Part shown: piece by piece, positions 1 through 7,293 of the stretch
How positions within the stretch are numbered: position 1 is the stretch's first letter
How the letters are laid out: the number at the start of each line of letters is the position of its first letter
DNA from: Pseudoalteromonas tetraodonis
GTDB lineage: Bacteria; Pseudomonadota; Gammaproteobacteria; Enterobacterales; Alteromonadaceae
Direction of reading: 5' to 3'
Length of the DNA: 32,000 nucleotides
Assembly (NCBI RefSeq): GCF_002310835.1
Contig: NZ_CP011041.1
Coordinates: 1,500,001-1,532,000 of the forward strand
Translations under genes and position numbers: made by a program
Notes under the pieces: generated by a model
Databases searched by the model: none
Told to the model about the DNA's origin: nothing
Seen by the model: the letters and a program-made list of their open reading frames with translations, nothing else

Positions 1-597
1 ATCAATATTGATGTTTATCTTAATTTTAAACAAAACAGTTTGCAACAAGGCGATTATCTTAAATTAAAAACGTTGGCTATAGCTGGTATTAAACAATATT
101 GGTCAAATACAATTACAGTGGCGGGTGTGCGTTTTAATGTAATAGTTAATCCTTTACATAAAAGTAGTTCTGATGCCATTCCTGTAGACCTAGAGATAGA
201 GGAAAGTGAAAGTTATGGTCGTTCAATGAACCCAGCTATATTAGGTATTGATGCGAGTTTTATTTATCAAAGAGGATCTGTAACAGCTGGTATACCATCA
301 AAATTGATTGATGATGAGTTTAAGTTGGTTTCAGCGCATGAGTTTGGCCATTCTATACTTATGTATGTAGGAGGTATTAATTTATCTTGGGGTCATAAAG
401 GTAGTACAAATGTTCTCCTTCAAAATGTTAAAGCGTCTTCTCCAGGTTATCCAAATCAAGGAAAGATTGATCTCATGAAGTATTACAATGACACAAAAAA
501 TACCGCTAATCTGAAGCAACGCATTACACGCAGTGAAGCGATTGAAGTTGATATAAAAAGATTAATTTGGAGTTCTGAGGTTCTATGGAAAGATTAA
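1..597 (+). CDS. Zinc metallopeptidase-like domain protein (HExxH), 5'-truncated by the window edge
   Basis: Frame 1 is open from nt 1 (INIDVYLNFKQNS precedes the TTG listed at 40), so the gene starts upstream of the window. It has an HEFGH zincin motif (VSAHEFGHSILMY) preceded by a matrixin-like layout (IKQYWSN..VRFNVIV). The extended HExxHxxGxxH motif is absent. Stop TAA is at 595-597. The region is visibly AT-rich. Confidence 0.6.
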   Translation: MNIDVYLNFKQNSLQQGDYLKLKTLAIAGIKQYWSNTITVAGVRFNVIVNPLHKSSSDAIPVDLEIEESESYGRSMNPAILGIDASFIYQRGSVTAGIPSKLIDDEFKLVSAHEFGHSILMYVGGINLSWGHKGSTNVLLQNVKASSPGYPNQGKIDLMKYYNDTKNTANLKQRITRSEAIEVDIKRLIWSSEVLWKD

Positions 598-977
598 AGG
601 TATTAATTTTTGGATTACTAATAACTTTTGTATTGAGCTCATGTTCAAGTATTTATTGGGCTAGTGTTAAAAACTCTACGGCTGAAGAGTTAATGGTTAA
701 AGTGGTGTTTAAAACTGAGCACGGTACTCAGGTAATGGACATGCCATTAAAAGCAGGTGAAGTAAATGTTTGGCAATATGAACAGTCATCAAGTGAATCA
801 AAAATAATGGATAAATATTTATCTTCAATTGAGATAAGTGACGGCAGTGGCTGTTACTTAGTCTTTAATAAAGAAGAGATAAAAAAGAAGGTTAAAAATA
901 CAACGCGGCAAATCGTAATTTCTCCTGATGATTTTCAAAAAGCCTGCGAGAGGAAAGTTAATTTAAACACACCATAA
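585..977 (+). CDS. Small lipoprotein of unknown function (candidate immunity or inhibitor partner of the upstream peptidase)
   Basis: The ATG at 585 overlaps the upstream stop by 13 nt, with GAGG at 577-580. The N-terminus MERLKVLIFGLLITFVLSSCSS is a signal peptide with a lipobox (L-S-S-C). The mature part is about 110 aa and looks beta-strand rich. I recognise no family. Confidence 0.6.
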   Translation: MERLKVLIFGLLITFVLSSCSSIYWASVKNSTAEELMVKVVFKTEHGTQVMDMPLKAGEVNVWQYEQSSSESKIMDKYLSSIEISDGSGCYLVFNKEEIKKKVKNTTRQIVISPDDFQKACERKVNLNTP

Positions 978-1044
978 AAATCTTTTGTAAAGCTTCCCTA
1001 AAGGGTCTGACCTTAAGTATAAATTTAGCTTGCTGCTACTTTTA

Positions 1045-1096
1045 GTCTCGTAGGATTTATTTTAAAAGTTAAACATTAAAATAAATCCTACGAGAC
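1045..1096. terminator. Bidirectional hairpin terminator between convergent genes
   Basis: Perfect inverted repeat gtctcgtaggatttatttta (1045-1064) / taaaataaatcctacgagac (1077-1096), with one extra A-T pair at 1065/1076. The loop is about 10-12 nt. A/T runs are built into both stem ends. Confidence 0.7.
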
Positions 1097-1120
1097 AATC
1101 ACCATTCATTTAAGTGAATA

Positions 1121-2317
1121 TCACTTTGGCGTTACCAGCATCAGCTTTGCCTCTTTGCCATCCGTTAATATCGCTACATTACCTTCAGCAGTGACAAACA
1201 CATCTCTGAGCCTACCTGTGGCTTCTGGGAAAATATGAGTCTGGGTGTATTCATCATTCGCTAAATTAATACTGTAGAGCTTTTTATCGACCAGAGTAGT
1301 AATAAGCACGTGGCGTTGCAGTGAAGGGAAGGCTGCATGGTTATCGCCATAATACGCCATGCCTGATGGCGCAATTGAGGGCGTCCAATCTACGGTTGGT
1401 TTAGCCATTCCAGGGTAGTCTCTAAAGGGGGATATACGTGCTTGTGAATAATCGTCACCGTTAGTGATTACCGGCCAGCCGTAATTGGTGCCAGCTGTTA
1501 AATAATTGAGTTCGTCACCGCCAGCGGGGCCGTGTTCGTGGCTAATAATTTGCTGTGTATCGTAATCATAAACCAAGCCTTGCAAGTTACGGTGCCCGAG
1601 TGAATAAATAGCATGCGCGTTAGCGTTTTTGTGACTAATAAACGGGTTATCGTTTGGTATTGTGCCGTTTAAATTTATGCGTAATGTTTTGCCAAGTTGA
1701 CTGGTAATAACCTGTGCTTGCTCGCGGTAGTCAAAACCATCACCACTTGAAAATAATAAGGTACTATCTGGCAATACAAGCGCGCGGCCAGAATAATGCT
1801 GCGGTGTGCCCTTATCGGTGACTACTTTATAAATAACTTTTGGCGTTGAAAATTGCGCACCATCAAACGTGGCTTTGGCTATTACTAGCCTGTTTGCATC
1901 AAGCTCGCCTTGGGCATAGGTAAAAATAACGTCTTTTGAATCACTGTAATTAGGCGAAAGTACTATATCGAGTAAACCGCCTTGCCCTGCAACGTATAAG
2001 CCCTCGAAATCTAGTTTAACTCGGGTTTGTTGGTTGTTTTTAATGATAACAATATGGCCATCACGCTCGGTGACTAACCAGGTATTGTTTGGGAGTTTAA
2101 CCATACTCCACGGTGAATTGAGCCCTGTTGCTAAAGTACTAGCTGTGTATTGCTGTGTTTGTAACTCGGCACTGGCGTGACAAGAAAACGCTAAAAGTGA
2201 CAGTAGCGTAATACAATATAGAGATTGTTTACCCTGCAAGCCTTTGCTAGTGTAAGGAAAAAGTTTTATTTTAAGTTGAGATAACCATGCAGTTTTTAAC
2301 ACGTATACTCCCGTCAT
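1121..2317 (-). CDS. PQQ-dependent soluble sugar (glucose/sorbosone) dehydrogenase, YliI-like
   Basis: Motifs LGHRNLQGL, HEHGPAGGDELN and GTNYGWP are typical of the GSDH/YliI beta-propeller family. The start is uncertain. An in-frame TTG at 2239 gives MQGKQSLYCITLLSLLAFSCHASA|E, a normal 24-aa signal peptide, and removes the overlap with the divergent gene at 2287. Confidence 0.8.
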   Translation of the reverse strand: MTGVYVLKTAWLSQLKIKLFPYTSKGLQGKQSLYCITLLSLLAFSCHASAELQTQQYTASTLATGLNSPWSMVKLPNNTWLVTERDGHIVIIKNNQQTRVKLDFEGLYVAGQGGLLDIVLSPNYSDSKDVIFTYAQGELDANRLVIAKATFDGAQFSTPKVIYKVVTDKGTPQHYSGRALVLPDSTLLFSSGDGFDYREQAQVITSQLGKTLRINLNGTIPNDNPFISHKNANAHAIYSLGHRNLQGLVYDYDTQQIISHEHGPAGGDELNYLTAGTNYGWPVITNGDDYSQARISPFRDYPGMAKPTVDWTPSIAPSGMAYYGDNHAAFPSLQRHVLITTLVDKKLYSINLANDEYTQTHIFPEATGRLRDVFVTAEGNVAILTDGKEAKLMLVTPK

Positions 2318-2748
2318 TTTTAGTTTCTTGGTTACTTACATTCACTCTTGCTAGCTTGTTTCATAGTCAATACGTTGTCAATCAATTAGTTAATGTAGGT
2401 GTTGTAGTGGGCTTTAATGACCGTGTTAACTTAATCCTTGAAGATTGGCTTGGCTTGCTACCGACCTATGGCGCTATTATTGCTGTTGCACTTGCTATCG
2501 CGTTTTTGGTTACTTGGTTTATTGCTAAAAAAATGAACAAGCAAGGTACACAACTATTTGTTATTGCTGGTGTGGTGGCGTTTGCAACGGCGTTAATTGC
2601 GATTGAATCTATTATGAATATTACTATTATTGCAGGCGCAAGAGGTTGGGGTTTTTATGCGCAATTGTTTGCAGGTGCAGTAGGGGGTTATGTTTTTGCA
2701 AAACTCATTAAGGAAAATAAGCACAAGGCAGCGCATCACGGCTTTTAA
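2287..2748 (+). CDS. Hypothetical integral membrane protein (about 4 TM segments)
   Basis: The 153-aa ORF has hydrophobic segments (LVSWLLTFTLASLF, AIIAVALAIAFLVTWFI, LFVIAGVVAFATALIAI, FAGAVGGYVFA) and is followed by a terminator. No family recognised. Confidence 0.55.
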   Translation: MQFLTRILPSFLVSWLLTFTLASLFHSQYVVNQLVNVGVVVGFNDRVNLILEDWLGLLPTYGAIIAVALAIAFLVTWFIAKKMNKQGTQLFVIAGVVAFATALIAIESIMNITIIAGARGWGFYAQLFAGAVGGYVFAKLIKENKHKAAHHGF

Positions 2749-2770
2749 GTCAGTATTGGTCTGCAATGTA

Positions 2771-2798
2771 AAAAGCCGCTATTAATATAGCGGCTTTT
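2771..2798. terminator. Bidirectional rho-independent terminator
   Basis: aaaagccgctat (2771-2782) / atagcggctttt (2787-2798) with loop taat. A-run and T-run flank the stem. It lies between convergent genes. Confidence 0.8.
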
Positions 2799-2822
2799 GT
2801 GTGTATAAATTACCTAGTGGTA

Positions 2823-4022
2823 TTAAAAAATCAAACTAAACAGCTTGTAACCACTTAAGCCAAAAATAAGTACTAACACCGGTAAAGTAAGTAAGTTTAC
2901 CAACATTGAGTTGGTGTATTTGCCCATTACTGTTTTTTGGTTAACCAGCCACACTAGGTAAGTGGTGACAATAGGCAGTAGTAAGCCATTTGCGGCTTGA
3001 GCAAAAATTATCACGGCAACAGGGTCTAAACCCAGAGACGCCACGGCTGCACCAAATAATAAAATAACAATGGCGACACTTTTAAAGCGGGTGTTATCCA
3101 TTTTATTTGACCAACCTAACATGCCACATACTGCATATGCTCCGGCAAGGGGGGCTGTAATTGCGCTGGTTAAACCTGCTGCAAATAAGCCAATAGCAAA
3201 AAAGTAATGGGCGGCATCGCCAAGTAATGGCTCAAGTTGTACCGCCATGTTAGCAGCGCTAATTTGCCCTGCATCTGTGCCATAAAATGCCACTGACGCG
3301 GTTGATAAAATAGCCAGCGTGATCACGCCACCTAAGGTGATAGACACACCCGTATCTACATTAGTTTGCTTAATGACTTTTTGCTTATCACTTTTGCTGT
3401 CGTGTCTTGCAGCTAAAACACCTGAGTGTAAAAATAAGTTATACGGCACTATGGTGGTGCCCACTAATGCCAATACCGTGGTAATTGAACCCTCTGGCAT
3501 ACTAGGAATAAAGCCTGCTAACACATCACTCAGCGAGGGAGCAGCCATAACTAACGTAGAGATAAACACTAGGCTCATTAAAATCACTAATAAAATAAGC
3601 GCGTTTTCAACGACTTTGTGTTTACCGCTGTAAAGTAACACCGCACTTAAAAATGCAATGAGTGGCGTCCAAAGCTGGGCATTAACATGAGGAAATATTT
3701 CAATTAATCCCATGCTGGCACCGCTAAGGTTGCCAGCCTCGTAGGCGGCACTACCTACTCCAATGGCGCTGATCACTAAAAATATAGCGAGAGATTTAAA
3801 TAGGGGCGTTTCAATGTGAGCTCTTAGCGCTTGCGCTAAATCTTGCCCGGTGGCTACGCCAAGGCGCGCCGCCATAGATTGTAATAATATGGTGGCAATA
3901 ACTGAAAACAGTAATGTCCATATTAGTGCAAAACCAAAGTTTGCACCTGCCACGCTGGCAGTCGTAATAGTCCCTGGTCCAATGAAGGCAGCGGTGACGA
4001 GTAGTCCTGGTCCTAATCGCAT
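2823..4022 (-). CDS. NRAMP-fold (COG1914-like) transporter, non-canonical metal site
   Basis: The 399-aa polytopic protein aligns without gaps to NRAMP signatures. TM1 GPGLLVTAAFIGPGTITTAS matches GPxxxxxxxYxDPGNxxT, and TM6 GTTIVPYNLFLHS matches GATVMPHxxYLHS. The metal-ligand positions D, N, A and M are G, T, T and V here. AAGG SD lies 6 nt before the ATG. Confidence 0.75.
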   Translation of the reverse strand: MRLGPGLLVTAAFIGPGTITTASVAGANFGFALIWTLLFSVIATILLQSMAARLGVATGQDLAQALRAHIETPLFKSLAIFLVISAIGVGSAAYEAGNLSGASMGLIEIFPHVNAQLWTPLIAFLSAVLLYSGKHKVVENALILLVILMSLVFISTLVMAAPSLSDVLAGFIPSMPEGSITTVLALVGTTIVPYNLFLHSGVLAARHDSKSDKQKVIKQTNVDTGVSITLGGVITLAILSTASVAFYGTDAGQISAANMAVQLEPLLGDAAHYFFAIGLFAAGLTSAITAPLAGAYAVCGMLGWSNKMDNTRFKSVAIVILLFGAAVASLGLDPVAVIIFAQAANGLLLPIVTTYLVWLVNQKTVMGKYTNSMLVNLLTLPVLVLIFGLSGYKLFSLIF

Positions 4023-4159
4023 AATTGACCTTAATAGTACTTTTGTATATTGCTATTTAAAGTTACATCTAACGTTTTATAACGCGATGCCTGTATTATT
4101 GCTGCCACTTATATTAAGTGCCTTGCAGCGATAGCCGCCCCTTGGCAAACCCTTTTTTG

Positions 4160-4170
4160 ATGATAATCAT
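4160..4170. promoter_or_regulatory. Fur-box-like palindrome in the leader of the NRAMP-like gene
   Basis: ATGATAATCAT is a perfect 5-1-5 palindrome. It is identical to the central 11 nt of the E. coli Fur consensus GATAATGATAATCATTATC, but the flanks do not match (about 12/19 overall). It lies 138-148 nt upstream of the start codon at 4022. Confidence 0.35.
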
Positions 4171-4427
4171 ATGTTAAAAAAGGTCGCGTAGCATACCAAC
4201 TTATATATAAATTTAAAGGGGGTGTGGCGCGTTTGCACAAAATTAGTACAATCAACAAATAAAAGTAATAACTGCTTACCTCAGTTTAGGGCTTATTTAA
4301 CGACTTAAAGAATGACTTAATAACCTTAAATTGTTCACAGGTTTATGCCAATAACTATAGGCACTATAAACGCTTTGCACGCACTGTATTCAAGCAAAGG
4401 GTTTGAATGCCCTAAATATCAACCCAT

Positions 4428-5690
4428 TTATGCCATCACGGCTTTAATGGCCTCTAAGCCTTTTCGCAAAGTGCTGGCATCGGTTGCATAATTAATTCGA
4501 ATGCACTGGTGTTTGTGTGCCCAAGCATCATCAATACCAATAAAGAAATTATGCCCGGGAATAATATACACATCCTGCTCTTTAAGCTTTTGGTAAAGTT
4601 GTTCGCTGGTTATTTTTGCCTCTTTAAACCACAGCCACATAAAAAATGCGCCTTCTACTTTGTGTAAGTAAACGGGGAGGTGGGCAAATATTTCATCAAA
4701 CAAGTTCATTGCTGTTTGTGCTTTTTCTCGATAAAAAGGCAGCACTGAATTTTTACACAGCGGAAGGAGTTCATCTTCATCAATTAGCCGTGTTACTAAA
4801 CTTGGGCCAAAACTGTTTGGCGATAAAACCATACTGCCATTCACACGGCCAATGGCTTTAATTATGTCATTGTTAGCCACTACAATACCGGTTCGCAAAC
4901 CCGGTAGGCCAAGCTTTGAAAGTGACATGCATAAAATAATGTTTGAGTTCCAGGTTAAGTTTGCGTCGGTATAAATACACCCAGGGAATGGGTCGCCGTA
5001 GGCGTTATCAATGATCAGTGGGATATTATATTGCTTAGCCAATAAATCGAGATGCTGTACTTCTTCATCAGTAATGACATTGCCTGTTGGGTTAGTCGGG
5101 CGCGATACACACAGTGCGCTAATGCTGCTGTCGCTTGCTAATACTTGCTCAACAGCTTTAAAATTAATGATATATTTAAATTGGTTTGAGCCACTTTCAG
5201 TATTTAAAATTTCGATATCGGGCTTTATTGCTACAAACATATCGTCAGTTAAGCCTTGATCTGCATAGCCTACATATTCAGGTGCCAGCGGAAATAAAAC
5301 CTTTTTATGGCTTCCATCAGGCATACTGCCAGCTAACAGATTAAATAACACAAAAAAATTGGCTTGGCTGCCATTACCAAGCGCTATATTATTTGCGGTT
5401 AAATCCCATGAGTATTCACTTTTTAGTTGCTTGGCCAGAGCTGCACGAAATGCATCATTACCTGTTGGGCCATCGTAAAGTCCAAATACGTTGGAAAGTG
5501 TATTATTAGCAACAAGCTTTTGTAACTCATTGATAAAAATATCATTAACCTCAGGCACTAGGGCCGGATTACCACCACCGAGCATAACAATATTTGGATT
5601 ATTACTGTTTTTAGCATCGCCTAAATCTTCCATTAACTGAGTAATACCATTAGGTTGAGTAAATTTAGTGCCGAAGTTTGAGTAATCCAT
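4428..5690 (-). CDS. avtA: Valine-pyruvate (alanine-valine) aminotransferase
   Basis: The N-terminus FGTKFTQPNGITQLMEDLGDA..IVMLGGGNPALVPEV aligns closely with E. coli AvtA (FGDKFTRHSGITLLMEDLNDG..IMLGGGNPAQIPEM). Length matches (420 vs 417 aa). SLSK pyridoxal-phosphate lysine context is present. Confidence 0.85.
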   Translation of the reverse strand: MDYSNFGTKFTQPNGITQLMEDLGDAKNSNNPNIVMLGGGNPALVPEVNDIFINELQKLVANNTLSNVFGLYDGPTGNDAFRAALAKQLKSEYSWDLTANNIALGNGSQANFFVLFNLLAGSMPDGSHKKVLFPLAPEYVGYADQGLTDDMFVAIKPDIEILNTESGSNQFKYIINFKAVEQVLASDSSISALCVSRPTNPTGNVITDEEVQHLDLLAKQYNIPLIIDNAYGDPFPGCIYTDANLTWNSNIILCMSLSKLGLPGLRTGIVVANNDIIKAIGRVNGSMVLSPNSFGPSLVTRLIDEDELLPLCKNSVLPFYREKAQTAMNLFDEIFAHLPVYLHKVEGAFFMWLWFKEAKITSEQLYQKLKEQDVYIIPGHNFFIGIDDAWAHKHQCIRINYATDASTLRKGLEAIKAVMA

Positions 5691-5924
5691 AATGACCGTG
5701 TGCCTTAAAAAATGATAAGTTAGTGTAAATTAACACTATGAATTTGATATTGAAAAATTTTCACCGATTAGATTACTATAGCCATAACCCGCTATAATCG
5801 TTTTTCATATTTTAAGTAGGGCAGCCTTATCAGCAACCTTGAATCACACACTAAAACACCTTTAAACACCAAAGCAGACGATTCGGTTATTACTGATACG
5901 ATTCTTAAAATTGCCACTTTTAAC

Positions 5925-6938
5925 TTGTTTAATTACCTTGAGCCGCCTAATGCCTATTATGAATTTGAACGCATATACACCGCAGAGCAGTGGGCTAGAA
6001 AGCAGCGTTGGCTTGTAAATTACTTAACCGAACATCAGCCTGATGTGATTGGTTTTCAAGAAGTATTTAGTATTGAGTCGCTTAAAGAATTAGTTAAAGA
6101 TCAAGGCTATACGTACTTTGCCGTGGTAGATGAGCCTCAGGTAATCGACGACTTTATTTACAAACGCCCTGTAGTAGCGCTTGCTGCTAAATACCCCATC
6201 GTTGAAGTGGCAACTGTTGAGCATGACCATGAGCTTGCTAAAACCCTTGGTTTAACTGAGGATTTTACATTTAGCCGAAAGGTGCTTAGAGCTACAATAA
6301 CTTTACCGCATATCGGCAACACGGATTGTTATGTGGTGCATTTTAAGTCTAAGCGCTCAATGATAGAGCTTGATGAGCAAAACAAAGACCTCACACCCGA
6401 AAAAAATATTATCGAGCTATTAAAGGCCAATATAGCTGGGAGTTGGGGCTCAACTATTCAGCGCGGCAGTGAAGCCACATTACTGATGATGGACATCATT
6501 GCGCGCCGCGAATCTACACAAAACCCAATGGTTTTAATGGGCGATTTTAACAACGACTTAGCTGATGGCGTTTTAAGCCATTTACTAACAAATACACTGC
6601 GCTTTGCCCCCACGTTTGACAGTAAAACTTACCTTGCAAAATATTGCCTTAACGACGCATGGCAGTTATTTGCAAAGTCGCAATTAAATTTGGCTAATCA
6701 AAATAATGAAAATACAGTGGATTTAAAGCGAAAGCCTACCCATTATTTTGGCGCGAGCAGCTCAGTGCTTGACTACATTTTGTTGTCTTGCGAGTTTGAC
6801 TCAAGTTACGACGACAGCTTTTTTGAGGTGAGCCATTACCATACTTACGATCGTCATTTAATTAACCCTGAATTTGAGCGTGATGATTTAAGCACAGATC
6901 ATGGCGTGGTATTGATTAGCTTAGCATTAAGGTCGTAG
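5925..6938 (+). CDS. Endonuclease/exonuclease/phosphatase (EEP) family protein
   Basis: Motifs GFQEV (QE motif), GDFN and STDHGVV are present. The in-frame sequence just upstream of the TTG at 5925 reads ILKIATFNL, the conserved first EEP motif. The true start is probably upstream, possibly ATT at 5901 (see findings). Confidence 0.75.
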   Translation: MFNYLEPPNAYYEFERIYTAEQWARKQRWLVNYLTEHQPDVIGFQEVFSIESLKELVKDQGYTYFAVVDEPQVIDDFIYKRPVVALAAKYPIVEVATVEHDHELAKTLGLTEDFTFSRKVLRATITLPHIGNTDCYVVHFKSKRSMIELDEQNKDLTPEKNIIELLKANIAGSWGSTIQRGSEATLLMMDIIARRESTQNPMVLMGDFNNDLADGVLSHLLTNTLRFAPTFDSKTYLAKYCLNDAWQLFAKSQLNLANQNNENTVDLKRKPTHYFGASSSVLDYILLSCEFDSSYDDSFFEVSHYHTYDRHLINPEFERDDLSTDHGVVLISLALRS

Positions 6939-6992
6939 CGGGTTTTGTTACTATAAATAGTAAGCTAATCTGCCGCTGACATAATTAATATT

Positions 6993-7013
6993 AAGGCGCT
7001 CAGTAGGTGCCTT
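6993..7013 (+). terminator. Weak hairpin downstream of the EEP gene
   Basis: aaggcgc (6993-6999) / gtgcctt (7007-7013) gives 7 bp including one G-U. The loop is 7 nt and gatgtttt follows. Confidence 0.35.
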
Positions 7014-7293
7014 GATGTTTTCCCTTTCTTTTATCCTGCTGTTTTAAAAAATCACTAATAATTAGTGCATTAACCCTAATTTATATTGATCCACATCATC
7101 TTTATTAACGGTGAGAGTGTTAGATTAGTGACGCTGGATTTTTAAGTTCGTTTAAATCGCTTATTACAACTACCCTTGTTGTACTTACAAAGCAGGGTTG
7201 CTTTTATATAACAAATAGCGTGCTGTATCCTAAAAATTTTTACCTTGACTACCCTCACTTACATTACTTTATACATACATGGAGTTTTAGCAC

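Noticed and set aside
3319-4134. Plus-strand ORFs 3319..3633 and 3850..4134 lying antisense to the NRAMP-like gene
   Set aside because: They sit almost entirely inside a well-supported membrane-protein gene on the other strand (the second runs on into its upstream leader), have no SD and have low-complexity composition. They are typical shadow ORFs.
4160-4240. Possible intrinsic terminator or attenuator ending in the minus-strand T-run (plus-strand A-run about 4175-4181)
   Set aside because: The best pairing upstream of the T-run is only 4-6 bp with mismatches (gcgccacacc / ggtatgctacgc), which is not convincing as a stem.
4023-4427. Possible Mn (yybP-ykoY) or Mg (M-box) riboswitch in the NRAMP-like leader
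   Set aside because: I could not find the conserved core sequences of either class by eye, only generic imperfect hairpins. It is kept as a low-priority item to scan with Rfam rather than as a feature.
4646-5259. Plus-strand ORFs 4646..4861 and 5011..5259 inside avtA
   Set aside because: They are antisense shadows of a strongly supported aminotransferase gene, with no independent evidence.
7015-7047. Mini-ORF MFSLSFILLF* in the 355-bp region upstream of the HlyD/ABC operon, considered as a possible leader peptide
   Set aside because: It has no SD and I could define no alternative terminator/antiterminator structure. The downstream operon has no link to Phe/Leu supply, and the ORF begins right at a weak terminator hairpin.
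7087-7095. Near-consensus DnaA box TGATCCACA upstream of the HlyD/ABC operon
   Set aside because: It is a single 8/9 match with no partner box, which is expected by chance at this stringency.
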